64,000 nt of DNA. It comes from Antedon mediterranea (taxonomy: Eukaryota; Animalia; Echinodermata). The translations under genes were made by a program, and so were the position numbers. The notes beneath the pieces were generated by a model. It saw only the letters and a program-made list of their open reading frames with translations, was not told the DNA's origin and did no database searches. The stretch covers positions 5,260,201 through 5,324,200 of the forward strand of contig NC_092670.1 in assembly GCF_964355755.1 (NCBI RefSeq), given 5' to 3'. This document shows, piece by piece, positions 25,501-39,452 of this stretch (positions within the stretch are counted from its first letter, which is position 1; each line of letters begins with the position of its first letter).

Positions 25501-28500
25501 CATATGATCAATGCATTGTAGGTCAATAGAAGACGCAATGATGCAAGAGAAAACGCTGTAGCAACCCATGTGGTAAACCTTGGGTACCTATTTGGGGTGA
25601 GCTGCTAGTCGAGACTGAGAGCGATTTCAAGCCTGACGTGATTCAATTCCCATTGTGATTCACTCTCAGAAAAATCTTAATTGAATACCAAGTCAAGCAA
25701 GGTATAATGACTAATGTGACGAAAGTAGCCCTAGTTTGTATGACTGGTTTATTTATAGTTTATATAGGATGTGTAAATCATCTTATTTTTTATTTCACAT
25801 CACTAGGCCAAGTGTGTCACAGGTCACATGCAATCAGTGTAGTTTTTTGCAATTCCTATCACTGATTGGTGAGTGTTTGCACAAAGATGCATTTGAATAT
25901 TACTTGGGTGTAAAAAATTATTTATTTCGCCAGTTTTATTGGAGTTTTTTATTGTATATTTTTGTTTTTGTCTGGATGGTGAAATATGGTGAATAAATAA
26001 ATAAACAACATACTGGGATTCACTAGGCCCATAATATTTTGACTAAAATTATTGAATGAACCATGATCACCATTAACTAAACTGAAAATAAATTAGCAGC
26101 TGAAGTTGTTTTTTATGGATATTTGAGGACCTTAGTAATGATTGAAAAAAAATGTACTTACAAAAAAAAAATGAAAGATGCCTTAATTCATAATATCCAA
26201 TTACTCTATGCTAGATAACAATTAAAAAGGAAAATGTAGCAATAAAATACAACTTTAGAAGCTGAAACAGGAAACATTCAAATATAGGAAGGTGTCATGT
26301 TCTAATAGGTGTTTGCATTCTGATGTATATCATTGATGCTACAGACAACATTATAAACACACTGTGTACACATATTCATTGTATCCTTGCATAGACAATG
26401 GTGTCATGGTGGCACGATGGTAACACATGGAAGCATCTATCTACATACAATTAATAGTTTATTCTTTTGTGTATCTTCAACGCTTATATGAACTGCTGGA
26501 TATAGGTTTTTAAACCATTCTGTAATATCTGGATTGCAATAGGGAACACATTATGGTATTCAACCATTACCGCCTTGAGTTGTTAGTTCTATGTTTTACT
26601 TGTTTGTGTATGGGTACACTGGATTCATATGATCTGGTTAAACCTACAGTATACATACACAGTATACATGTAATGTGAATTCGCCTTGATTGTTTTGAGT
26701 TTATTTGAAATTATGTGTATCATGGATACGGGACGCATTTTACCTGGGTAAGTTTATACATACGCATCTTCTGTGATCTAAAGTTGAATGTCTTTGGACC
26801 ATTCTACAACTAGATAGAAATTTAGTATTTTTTTGGATGGATGGCTAGTTAAGACCAGGAATGCTAATACCCAATACCATTTTGATTTTATGATTTATTT
26901 GGGAATTACCTTAAAGACAGAGAGAGAGAGGTAAAAACTTGAAAATAATGTAACAAGACGTAATAATAATAAAGCTACACAGATGTTATATAATTGTAAT
27001 TCTCTACTACTGTACTAACTCATGGAAAAGGTGATTTTGAAGTTTATATGTCATTGATGCTGATCAAGTTTTATTTAATCCTCATACTGAGGAAATGTTT
27101 TAATCATTTTTAAAACTGAACATTTTTACACATCGGAAATTGATAAAGTACATGTTTTTCTCATGTGTGAAGCTCATTATCCACGGCTAATTACAGACTT
27201 TGGACGACTTTGTTTATCATTTTTGTCACATTTGCAAAAGCAGACTTTTTTTTTGTTTAATGTCTAACACAAAAGTAAATAATTGTTGATAATGTTGACA
27301 TTGCCACAGTTAATCCTTTGTCATTATTGATTGGGGCAAATAGTGGGAGTTTTCCCCATTTTTAACCTTCAATAAACTCTTGAACTTGTAATTAGTAGCT
27401 GAACCTTATCAACTTCTAGTACAAAAGGTGTTGGGCCTAAAAATGTTGTCCCCTTACACTGTAAATGTTATGCTCATGAGAAAATGGAAGACCCTACTAT
27501 TCCTATGGTGCCGTAGACTATTATGAACTAATATTAAAATTATATCAAACTTTTTATGTTCTTTAGAAAAAAAGATGTTGACCCCAAACCAACACCTACG
27601 CCAACTGTGTCCGTTACAAGAACCAAATCAAATGCAAGCGAGGGCGAGCTTTCAGGAAAGAGCAAAGGTGAAAGGTCAAGAGCACAATCTGGAAGTAGAG
27701 ATGGATCTACAATAGAAGAATATGATTTGGTAATTTGATAAATAATTATACAATAACAAGTCTATGAATATGTATTATACCATACCAACAAGTATAATCC
27801 AACACTTTGAATTTAGGTTAAATTCAGTAACAAGACTCCCAGGGTGGGATTATAATCGGTTATAATTAATATTTAATTATTACATAGTTTCAAGCTCACT
27901 TTTCGAGCACCAACCCTCCAATAAATATTATTTTGAGGATATTCCCTTGAAAAAATTTAGTACAAAAGTGTTACCTGTATCGCGATTATTTTTGTGGAAA
28001 TCCACAGTATATATATATACAGTAACCTCAACATGTGATAGTCTCCTGTTTAGTTTTCTGTTTCACTGGAAAATGTACTTATGATTATCATAATGTTCTA
28101 ATATTATAATCTCATCTCACAAATATTCTTCCAGTTTTGGATATTAAGCCTTTTTGTAAAAATTACAAAAATAAATAAATACCAGTATTTACTTTTATGT
28201 GTTTATATCTATTGTAATAGATATTGTACACATAATACACTTTTATAGTCCATATCAAGGTTGGCCTCAAGTGCAGGCACTATCTACTGATGGTTTTGAT
28301 AGCCTCAAGTGTGTCCAAGTACTATTAAAAACCTACTGACTATAATTGTAGAGTATCCTCTAGCCATCTTAAAATGCCTGTGTTTATAGCAACAACTTCC
28401 TTATCAAATCACAACACTCTACTCTTCTCACAAACTGTCAAAAAAATGTATACAAAACATAGGTCAGTCTGTTAAAAGGTCACTGTGTGATGTCCAGTTT

Positions 28501-31500
28501 CTGACCTTAAAACCATTTTCATAAGGGCTTGTTGAGGATTGCACAGTATTGATCGGTTTTTGCTTTGTACATATGAAGCTCAATTTCATAAACATAAATT
28601 TATGCATTTAGAGATTTTCACTCACATTTTTAAGATAAGGAGAACAAAATGTTTCGTAGTATTTCATAAAATAATTAATAGCGTGATCTTGCTCTTCAAG
28701 CATGAGTATTAAAGCGTGACTGGACATTTAAACTAATTATTCTCATGTTTACCTTTAAAGTCCCTCATCAAAAGTAAATCCCGGATGCGAGACTCACTTT
28801 TTTTTTTTACATTAGACACAAACTGTTACAATGGTAAACCAATGTGTTGTACTCCAATTGCTTAAGTCTACTTTAAATGTTTAATGTTTAGGGAGTTTCC
28901 ATGAACAATACATCTGTGAAATTGTTTTTCTTCAGTGAAATTCACATGCTATTTCATTTTTGTGGTTTTATATTTAATTATATATATTATAATATTTGTA
29001 TTGGTTTTCCATGCAAACAAACAGATTAATATATCATAATAATGTTAAGTATATTGCATTTGACAACATATATTATTAAGAGGCTGTGTGGGTGTACAGT
29101 AGGTTTTCTACAAAGTGTTTCTAAAAATTAGCATGGAGTACCAATATCTAATTTGTTTACACAAGATGTTTGTGTCACCTGTGTGTAAATTACAGGTATA
29201 TGGTGAATTTGGTTTTATTAAAGGTCTATATTTGACAGGCATTGGAGACAATTAGAGAGTGAGTGGCCGAGCGGTTAAGACAGTGGAACCGTGATTACGT
29301 AGCTATAACATTGGCATGGGTTCGAGGCTCACTCGCTCTATGGTTCTGGTTGAGAACAAGTCTTCTCGGATAGACTATAAACCGTATGTCCAGTGTACAC
29401 ATCTAGCTCATGTGCACTTTAAAGAACCTACTGTAGTACATCTTTCGAGACAAGTAGGGGGTTACCCCGGTGTACTAGTAGTACATCACAGCCACTGGTC
29501 ACCCTGTATTAAAAAATACAAAAAGATTGTTTATAAATGAAATTTTAATAATGTTATTGTTATTCTAGATTGATGGTTTATCAATACAGACTACAAGTTC
29601 AGATATAGGAGGCCTAGACAGTACCGATGGAACCCACACGCCAGACTTTGATAGAACACGGAACTTACGAGAACATTATCGACAGAAGATTAAACGAATC
29701 AAAGAACAGATAAAAGCTGAACAAAAACAAAGTGACGGTAAGTATCATATGAATCTTCCAACTAAAAGATCAAACGCTGCAAAGGTATTTTAATACTGTA
29801 CATCATTTGGGGCACCTCTATTAAGGGGACAGCCATATTTAGGGGACACCCATATTTAGGGGACACCCATATTTAGGGGACACCCATATTAAGGGGACAA
29901 CTACAATGCACAACCATATTAAGGGGCCACTTTCTGTGAAATGAACAATAGAAAATATATATATTCAGGGAAACATTTTTTTGGGTCCCAAAAATGTCCC
30001 TTAATAAGTTCTACTTCATTTCAATCATTATAATATACTAAGCCCAATCCAGAAGCATGTTCATTGCCAAGCTTTTTTTTTATATTGAATAATTAATATT
30101 AAAAACAAAAATATCAATTTTTGATACAGAAAATGTAAAAGAATACTTGGAACTTGCTGAACATGGCGACAAAGCACAAGTTGCACGGATTAAGTCCGTG
30201 TTTGAGAAACGAAACCTTAAGTCTAAGAACACGATGGATAATTTACAACGTAAACTTGAAGGTTACTTAAAAAAGGTGAAAGATTTAGAGCAGAATGGTG
30301 CCGTCGGGCCTAGGAAACCAAAAGAAGTTTTACATGGCGTTCAACAAGGACTACGGTAAAGTCATTTTAAATCCTTTTCATTTTTTCATAACCAGTCAGC
30401 AAATATGAAATATGTAAATTTGGTAAATTTCGTACATTTTGAATACAAGGATATTTCTCCGAGTACAGTATTACACATCACATCATCGTCTGCTTCCAGC
30501 ATATTGCATATAATGACACTGTACTCTCAAGAGTGCTATAGTACATTTATTTAATATCATGTGACCCACAATCCTCCAATGAAATGACTAGAATTTTCTT
30601 AGAGTTACTGTTATATATATTTATATTTAATGCACCAGCTACAGTATGGATAAATTAGAACATAAACAAACTTTAGATGGTGAATATTGTATTGTAAAAC
30701 TGTAAATTTTATTCCATATTATATATTTATTCCATAATTATATTATTAGATGTAGCGATAGAGGTGAAGTAGTGGGTGGTCATTAGTCGTCTTTGAAATT
30801 AATATTAACTCAAAGATGAAAATAGAACTAATTATCAGTTACTGTAAAAGTGAATTTGAAATATAGAAATTATTAATATAATAAAAATAAATGAGTGGGT
30901 GGAAAATTGTTAATGCAGACAATTCTATTATTGTGACATGTTGTATTTTTTATGATCACTTTACGTGCGTGTGGGATAACCATTACATTTATGAAAAAGT
31001 GTATAACAGCAATATAATAACCAATTAATCACAATAAATATATGAAATGAAAAGGGTTTAGGGGTGAAAATTATAAAAATATTTTCCAAACGTGAAAAGA
31101 TTTTTTTTTTCTTTCCACCAAAAAAAACACTATTGAACCACCGTTCAATAGTGCGTACTATTGCACGCCATGTGACCCACAATCGTCTAATCAATTTACA
31201 GGAATTTATTTTAGTGTTATATATTTTGTGATAATACTTCCATTTTGGTCAACTTTCTAAATTGACTATACTTTTCAATTTTACAGGAATGTAAAAGATA
31301 ACATCAGCGACCGAGTTTCAGGTATCGGTGGGTAAGTATCTAGCTATTTATTATTTTGTTGCCGTGGTAGCTCTATTTCTCTACATACATTTATAAAAAA
31401 ATATATACCAAGTTGGTCAATAACCAGGAGCGGTCGGTCGCAGGACTTTTTTAAAGGGGTTTCCCAAAAGGCCTGCGCCGTAGATACCAAGTAGGCCTAT

Positions 31501-34500
31501 TTGCGCCACATGACATGAAACACACAAGCAATCCAAACAGTCAGAAATTCATTCTGAGTAGCGTACCATCTGAGTCAATTCAGAATTTAAAAAATCCTAA
31601 ATTCTTATTTGTAGAGCCGTGCTATCTCTATCACCCAATAGAGGAAGCGTTGAAAAGGTTGAGAAAGTTGAAAAAAGTGGTGGTGGTGGTAGTAGTAGTA
31701 GTGGTAGGTGGTCAACAGGTCTACAAGAGTTGACCCAAACTGCTGCTAGGTAAACATTAATGTTTTAAATGCAAGCAAAGCAGCATGAAATGTTTATTGA
31801 ATGAAAAAAAGAAGTATTAGTGGAGTTTAGTATGTAGTGCCCATGTCACCAATTTACATGATCATTTATCCTAAGTCATTTGCATTATTTTAACTCTCAA
31901 TTTGGCTTGTTCCATAGATTCAACCTTCACTCCTTCCCTCTGGTAGTTGTAGAAAACACATCTGCATGGCCAGACCAATGAAACTTATACCCTTTTCACA
32001 TCTGCATAAATTGTTACAACTTGTAACCAGGTTTATCTCCCGACTTATTACATGTTTTCACACATACATATGAACCTTGTGAAATCTTGGGTGGAAAGAA
32101 TAGTTGCACACTATTTCATTACTATGATTAATCAGTTAAAATCAGGATAATAAACATGTACGCAGTAACAACTCAGAACATCTCGGAATGAAAACACATT
32201 CCTCTTGTTGGTGTGTTTTTCTTCCGAAATTTTACAAGGGCCCCTTGTAAAATCTCGGGAGATTTTCCACAAAATTGTCTTCACACTATGCAAACCTGGT
32301 TACAACTTGTTATAAGTTGTTACATTTTGCAGATGTGAAAAGGGTATTAGCTATTATCCCATCTAGTTCTACCTCCCATAATCTGTTCGTTCCTATAATC
32401 CTGCTGCTACAGTACTTCTAGCTACAGCAGCAAATTTTATTTTTTGCCAGACTTTCCTCTCCTAATAGCATGAGGTTTGTTTTATAGTGGCTTACAGATA
32501 ACTTAAAATGTTAGTATATGTGCATAACTTTCTGTTGTAAGTAAAAGTAGACACCTCCCATAACAAACTCATCCCTCTGTTTTTGTTCTTTGACCGATGA
32601 GGACTTTTTGGAGGCAAATATTTTGGGTGGTTTTGTATAATTTACCTTCCACAGCCTAGACTAGGCTTAGGCTTTTTCCTGGTTTATTTAACAATAACAC
32701 TTTCTTTCTTTTTACACTTGTGTTTAAACAGTGTATAGAGACTATTTCTATTTTTATATACGAATTTAAAACCATTAGACAGTACAAATAGTTTTTTGAC
32801 AACAATAACAATTTTTCTGCAATGGTGAAAATATATATTGCCCCTAGCAATACATATTTTAATGTGATGACATAATACGAATAAATTAAATTACAATGTA
32901 AAATTGAGAGGCCATCTATTTTAAGAATGGCAATTATTTACCACATGACTCTAAAAAGTTGGGTCATCTCTATTGGTTGAATGTCTCAGACAAGTGGGTG
33001 TCCAGTTCTGGTTAAACTGTATTTATTATTTACAGAATTTGACTTTATCAATTATATATTGTTATTAAGAATGCTACTGTACTTTTTTACGATGAATTCG
33101 CATTTACAAAAAGGACAAAAGATTGAGGGAATGCATATATAAATGAAATCTTGCTGTTTAATAGTTACCATGTGTTTTGAAAGTAAATCAACTGTTCTAA
33201 GTGTTTAATGGATGCTTTATTCTGTTTCTAACAAAAATAGTATTTTATTTTTTACGATTGAGAAAAGAAAAAAGACAACAGGTACTGTACATGCTATAAT
33301 TTAACAAAATAAATCTTAATATTTCCTTAGTTAATTTTCCAGATTTTTTTTTTTGCCATTCGAGCTGCAATATTTTTTTATAATAAAGTATCATTAGAAA
33401 TTAAATCACAAGGCTAATATTAATCATTTTTATTCATTTAAAATATAACATAAAGATCAAACTATATTAAGTTATATTTGCTTCTTTTCCTAGTAACTTT
33501 TTATTCATTTCCAAATAATGTATTTGAATACAGTACAAAACAAGGAAAGAATGGGCTTAATTCATTTATGTATGTATTGTTTAGATCCAAATCACATTTA
33601 TCTTCATTTGATTAGCTGTAATATAATACATTTTCATTTAAGCTACATAGTACAGATCTTTGGAAAAGTCTTATTTATTCATACTGTAAATATTTATTAT
33701 GAGTAGTAATAACAAATATGAAAATTCATACACGAAATCACTAGAAACTTGAAATTGACACTTTGTATATGTAAACAGTTTACATGTGCAATTGGATTGG
33801 ATTAATCATTAATGTATATAATTATAACTTATATTTTGTTGTAGTAGATGGAAGTTTTTTTTTGTTATTATTAGTCCCCGACCGACCCAACATTTGAGAA
33901 AAACAATTGTTTTTTTGCCAATTGAAAAGTATATTACTTTTCAATTGGCTTTGTTTGGGCTACATACCATGTAGTAATCATTATTTTACATGCTCTATGA
34001 TTGTTCTTTCATCACTATGCTATAAATATAATTTATTTTGTACATTGTGTGGTATTTGTTGTATGTGTTGTAGCTTTAGGTAGTGTAGTTTTCAAGCAGG
34101 TTTTAAATCACATTAGTATTTTCGTTTATAAATCATAGCCATAGTAAACAATGTTATTTTAATTTTATTTTTTATTTCCACAATGTATAGAGAGTGACCC
34201 TTCCATTTCCCTGATATCCAGGGCCCTCTATTATTCAATTTAAAATACAATTTAAATCAATTTTAATACAATTTAAATCACAAAGTACATTCTTGAAGAA
34301 TAAAAAGGCAATAAAAATATTAAATTAGCAGTTAGTACCATAGTAATACACCCATGAGCAACTTAAAATGCATGCATTCCAATACACAATTCACATACAG
34401 TAGAGTTGCTTGGTCAACACTCTTCATATTGCTATTTTGATTCAGCATTTATAAAGTGCTCTAGATGGAACAATTTAGTTAGTCATTTAATTCGAGAGAC

Positions 34501-37500
34501 TGCTATAATGAGACAATTTTTACAAACCTACAACAGTTATGTGTGTAGCATTAAAAAGCTACACACACATTTCAGATAATTATACATGAACATATTTCTC
34601 TATTAGGTGCTGTAACCAAGGCAATATAACAACAGGGCACTGAGATCACCTTGCCATGATAAGAACACATAAAAGTTCTTTGATCTTATGTCTGGCTGGG
34701 ACAAATACTAACAGTACTGTACTATACATATTCTCCGCGGTGTGCAGTGTCTGTTAAGGGGCGTGTAACTGTCAATCGTGTCGCAGCCACAGATGAACCC
34801 TTTGATCTCAGCATCCTGTTGTTTGATTGCCTTGCTGTAACTATATGAACCTACTGTACCTAGCATTCCCCATTCTAGCCTATAAGGTTTATCCACATTC
34901 ATACAACCAATAACTATTATAAATGAACATGTAATAAAGTACTGCAACCTGCATCATATTAATCTACGTTCAGTACGATCTGGTATCATCGTCTTACTTA
35001 GTCCATTTATTTTGTAGTTAACATTACACATGTAGTAATTTTAGCATGTAGACTAATACTGGGTGTAGATTTGTATGGCCTGGAGGTTTCATTAGTATTA
35101 AACTCTTCTTCTCTTTTTTATTTTTTAGTGCAGTAGTTTCTAAGCCTAAAGAACTTGCCAACAGAATAGGTAGAAAGAGATCAGGAAGTGTTGATAATCT
35201 TGATATTATACGTAAGTATCCATTCACACTTTGTTTTGTTTTCTATATTAATTATTTTATTTCAGATATACTGTATGTATATCCATAATTATACAAAACA
35301 TTTCCTGTAAGAGAAAACGTCTATTGTTTCTAAGACTAACCCCCTTTATTCTACCCTCTATGAAGACCCGAGGTGTATTTTTACAACAAATTACTTTATC
35401 ATAATGATAGTTCATTCTTATATAGCGCTCTACATGCAAGCTTCTCTAAGCACTGCACATTATTACCCCAGTCATTTTTTTGGATCAAACACGTATGGAA
35501 ACATACTCCCATAATGCAGCTAGTAATCAGCGCAAAGTTGTGTCTTGATCTAACCGGGTACCCATTTATACACCTGGGTGGCGAGAGGCAAACGTAAGTA
35601 AAGTATCTTGCCTAAGGGGACAAGCAATGCGGCGAGAGTTGGATTCGAACCTCGGTCTCACGATCAGTCCAACGTCCAACACCCTGCGCCACACGTCCTC
35701 ACATTTCTAATTCTAATTCCTCTACATTTAATAGATGATGATGAAGACAATGTATCATCAAAATCAAAATCAAAAACTATGTGGTATACAGCGCCACCAA
35801 CATTTAATTCCAGTAGCATTCAGAGCCACAGGTAATTTTTTAAATTATCTTCCTGCATTTTTTCTCTTAATTCCATTATTTTATTTTTAAAAGAAGTTTA
35901 ATTTATTTTATAAAAATCAAGCTGTCAATGCTTTTGTATATAGCCATTTTCAAAGAAAATCCTGTTCTTTTGAGGTTTTCAAATGGAAACCGGCTTTTAA
36001 GCTCTGTCTACGCTATCAAACTTTATGTGACAAAAACAATGTGATGTGCCTATATATGGACATGATGATGTTATATCACTACCGTATTTGGGCACATCAA
36101 ACTTTTTTTGTCAAACTAGTTTGATAGTGTAGGCTGAGCTTTAGCAAAACTATAACATGTATCTAATCTGTTTTAAGTGAGGATGGTGATGACGATAACT
36201 CCAGTTTATTATCCGGTTCAGCTGCCAATGGTATGACATCAAGTGCTGATGAAAGAGAACCTTCTCCATCACCCAGCAAAGTGTCATTGCTGGGTGAACA
36301 GATCCAAGATGTACAAGCTAGTCAACGAGAAATCCATCAAGCAATAGAAGAATTACAAGTGAGTGATAAATCTTATAATAAAAATTAAGTTACAATACTT
36401 ATTTCTCTATGCTTACAAGTTGTACAATTTCCTTCTGTTCTATCAATAATAATGTAAAAAAAAATAAAATAAAATAAAATAAATCCATCTCCCATTCAAA
36501 TATATATTTTAAATGCAAATGTTATTGTTACCTTGAGAAAGTATGTTGATAACACACGAAACGTTGGGTGACGAGTTTCAACGTTTTTTCACTTTTCCTT
36601 CACAACAAAAACATTTGCATTCAAAATAATAATGTCCATAGAAACTGTTTGTAAACTTTCAAATTGTCAAAAAATATTCCTCATTCTTAGTATATTGATC
36701 AAAACATCAAGAAACGGTTTCAATTTAAGAACTATATATGTGGTGTACCGCAAACCTTGTCAACAAATCAAAATATTTTTGCTGTCTATCTTTTTATGGG
36801 CAAATTATTTATATTGAAAATGCATATAACTCAAGATTTTAATAGGCTTTTTTGATGTCACAAATATATTGATTTTCCAGAAATATACTTAGCAAAATTG
36901 TTTGAAAACATTTTCCAAACTAATAAAGAAGAATAGGGGAGATTTTATATGTTAACATTCTAATTACAGGTAGCGTTACGTGACCAAACACAACGAATCC
37001 AAATGCTGAACATGTCAACGCAAGAAATTCAGTATAGATATAATTCAATAGATGAGGGATTGTACGACATAAACAATCTTCACCAAAGTGAATTGATGGA
37101 TCTACGGCAGGTTGTGAGGTCATTGGAAGAGAAGGTTGAATACCAGGCGGCGGAGTGGACTAGGGACTTCCAAGATGCCATTGGGCAGTGTCAAACTAGG
37201 GTCAGTATAGAAATTCAGCAATTCAAATAAAATGATACACGTCTCAATGATTTATGTATGGATTACAGTATGTGTTAGTATGTCTGATAAATTTAGACAT
37301 AATTTTAATGAAAATGCCGTATCATATGTATTAGCATTCAAATTAACAAACATCTTAAATGATTGCCAAAGTAGTTTAAATAATATTAGCACATTGGCCT
37401 CATTCCTAGGCCAGCAAGCATTGCTAGTTCAGATAGGCCTGAGCTAGCCAGTCAGTGCACCATGCCAGAGCTTCAATGTGTGTTTAGTGTGACAATTTGT

Positions 37501-38946
37501 CATGCTCAAGTAAAATATTCAACTGCCATACATACATAGCTTGCTTCATCAAATTTGTAATTTACACACATGTGATGGTTACATATACTTTGTAGATACT
37601 GTAACTGAAATAGATAAATACACAAACACCAATCGATTGATCAATAATAATATGTTTTGTTCACATAAAATACTAAAATTTAGAACCGCAAACCCACATT
37701 TTTACTTGCCAACTTTGCCTGTTCACCAGCAATTTAAGGTTGCATTTCGTTTACCAGCAATTTAAGGTGCTTATTTGATTGGCCAAACTTTAACACTAAC
37801 TCTAAAGCTCTGTCTACACTATCAAACTTTATGTGCACATATATGGACACAATGACATCATATTACTACCATATTTGGGCACATCACACTTTTTTTGTCA
37901 AACTAGTTTGATAGTGTAGACAGAGCTTAGGGTTGGCTTACATGCAGTAATATCTGTTTAGTAAATCACTGTATATACAACATTTTTTAATAACCATTAT
38001 TTCTCTGTATTTAGATTGGAAAGATGGAGTTAGCACAGCAGCAACAGCAAGTGATTACACTAGAGGGTTACCAATACAATGCCAACACACGCGCCCTGGT
38101 TTATAAAGTCACCAATATAGTGTTAGCCGTATTAGCAGTTGTTTTACTAGTTCTATCAACATTAGCTAGTATACTTGCACCTTTCTTCAAAACGAGGTAA
38201 GCTTTTTTGTTGTTTTTTGTAAGCTTCTACCAAGACATGGTCTAGTACAAGGGGAGTTCAAGATTTGGTAGGTGCATACCAACCCCAGCGTGCTCACTTC
38301 CATGTTGTGTTTTAAACCAAAATGACTTATTTAATACAAAAATCTCAGTGGCTGCACCTGATCCTCAGTGTTACTTCTTCACAAATATCAATATCACAGT
38401 ATCATATCAAATTCTATAATGGAGCGTACCATGTGTATCATATGTTCTGCGTGTATCCTAGAGAGAAGGTAAGTGTTTTGTTAGAGTCTATGATACAGGC
38501 GTCACATGTGATTTCTTGTATGATACTGGAAACATTTATATAGAGTACCAAGAATCAAATGTTAAGGCAGTATTAGTCACTCGTTCACAGGTCCATCAAG
38601 TACATCCTATTTATCTCAAAATGTGCACCAAGTTAAGTGCTGGCCCTCAATTTAGAACACTCAACCATCAGAACCAGAGGGGTACGGTTCGCACTATCTT
38701 GTGTCCACATTTTGGCTAAGCAAACTTAGACTTAGAAGTCTAATAATATCAATATTAAATTTGTCTTTTTTAAATGCTTTTAACCACAAAAACAAGTTCT
38801 TTTTTTTTTTCAGAACGAGAGCATTTATATCAATTATATTTCTAGCATTAGTAATATATGGATGGCAAAAACGTGAGTTAATTGAAGAAGTGACTCACTA
38901 TGGAATCCTAAAATATAAACACTTATTTCACGGTAAAGAAGCATGA
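22514..38946 (+). CDS. TMCC: Transmembrane and coiled-coil domain family protein (TMCC1/2/3-Tex28/dementin family), spliced core CDS
   Basis: Phase-consistent GT-AG exons 22514-22636, 23399-23564, 27567-27729, 29569-29737, 30130-30355, 31287-31331, 35129-35211, 35735-35831, 36178-36358, 36970-37200, 38015-38196, 38814-38946 (TGA). Peptides match TMCC motifs: FNKVLLQIK; QKIKRIKEQIKAEQ..DENVKEYLELA...ARIKSVFEKRNLKS; AVVSKPKELA; LHQSE..DLRQ...EEKVEYQ...CQTRIGKMELAQQQQQVITLEG; two C-terminal hydrophobic segments. About 604 aa with the 2300 first exon. Confidence 0.93.
24948..24995 (+). repeat. 16-bp tandem repeat
   Basis: (AATAAACGCCCTCTCA) about 3 copies, resembling subterminal repeats of TA-targeting MITEs. 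Confidence 0.75.
25089..25490 (-). mobile_element. L2-clade LINE 3' fragment (decayed ORF2 C-terminus)
   Basis: Minus-strand translation PLLRKLDWPPTK.KNDFKI ... GLRSS ... FGDGAFSIHGLKLWNSIPLEI ... FKHLKIHLF, matching the L2/CR1-group C-terminal pattern; (TAA)n tail at about 25090. Confidence 0.75.
26713..26747 (+). CDS. TMCC: Candidate internal first exon for a short TMCC isoform (MCIMDTGRILPG, phase 2)
   Basis: ATG...CCT GG|GTAAGT; phase 2 matches the phase-2 acceptor at 27567. Confidence 0.4.
29255..29510 (+). mobile_element. tRNA-derived SINE
   Basis: A box TGGCCGAGCGG (29264), B box GGTTCGAGGC (about 29319), 5'/3' stem GAGAGTGAGTG/CACTCGCTCT. The body CTCGGATAGACTATAAACCG...GTGCACTTTAAAGAACC resembles the Nin-type conserved SINE domain (from memory, unverified). 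Confidence 0.75.
29812..30015. mobile_element. Degenerate MITE with internal 19-bp tandem repeat
   Basis: CCTCTATTAAGGGGACA ... TGTCCCCTTAATAAG inverted ends; about 4 copies of GACACCCATATTTAGGG at 29828-29900. Confidence 0.55.
31988..32346. mobile_element. PIF/Harbinger-like MITE (359 bp)
   Basis: TTA|TACCCTTTTCACATCTGCA ... TGCAGATGTGAAAAGGGTA|TTA; a subterminal inverted repeat TGTAACCAGGTTT/AAACCTGGTTACA. Confidence 0.82.
35411..35700 (-). mobile_element. tRNA-derived SINE with conserved core and L2-like tail
   Basis: Minus strand: GAGGACGTGTGGCGCAGGG (A box), GGTTCGAATCC (B box), CCCCTTAGGCAAGATACTTTAC...CCACCCAGGTGTATAAATGGGTACC core, tail AGCGCTATATAAGAATGAA. Confidence 0.8.
36000..36140. 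mobile_element. PIF/Harbinger-like MITE family A, copy 1
   Basis: TTA TSD; TIR AGCTCTGTCTAC(A/G)CTATCAAACT ... AGTTTGATAGTGTAG..GAGCT. Confidence 0.8.
37806..37927. mobile_element. PIF/Harbinger-like MITE family A, copy 2
   Basis: Perfect TIR AGCTCTGTCTACACTATCAAACT; flanks TAA/TAG; internally similar to 36000-36140. Confidence 0.8.
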
Positions 38947-39107
38947 GCGATGCCATTCCAACAAGATGTTGTACTACCGTTGAAAAACTGCTATACCAAG
39001 ATACAAAGCTTATAAATTGTACGCCATCATAAAGTTTATCAATTATGCTCTCTTTTTTATGAAAGCAATACATTATTTATAGTTTAATTGTTTATAAAAA
39101 ATTGCAA

Positions 39108-39452
39108 ATTGCGTAATCGACAGATCATCTAGACTCTAGCACAAATGCAAGCAAAATAATACGGATATGCAGTCAGTTGTCAAGAATGTTTACCGTTTCT
39201 AGGCAACAATGTGGACATTTGTAGATATCTGAAATGAGTGGTGTTTATGTGATATTTGAGTTATTGGACCATATTGCGTAATCGACGGATCATCTGAACT
39301 TCAGCACAAAATACAAGTCGCGTCTAATAGCAAAATAATATGGATATGCAGTCAGTTTTCAAGAATGTTTACCATTTCTAGGCAACAATGTGGACATTTG
39401 TGGATATCCGAAATGAGTGGTGTTTAAGTGAAATCGGAGTTTACTGGACCAT
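39108..39452 (+). repeat. Two-copy tandem duplication (about 165 and 180 bp) in the TMCC 3' UTR
   Basis: ATTGCGTAATCGAC..ATCATCT...GGATATGCAGTCAGTT..CAAGAATGTTTACC.TTTCTAGGCAACAATGTGGACATTTGT...TGGACCAT at 39108-39272 and 39273-39452. Confidence 0.9.

Noticed and set aside
29255-29340. Possible tRNA gene
   Set aside because: The A/B boxes run into a SINE body and there is no convincing anticodon arm.
32488-32510. Possible TMCC micro-exon in the 31332-35128 intron
   Set aside because: It has an in-frame TAA in the required phase, and the flanking exons already join in frame.
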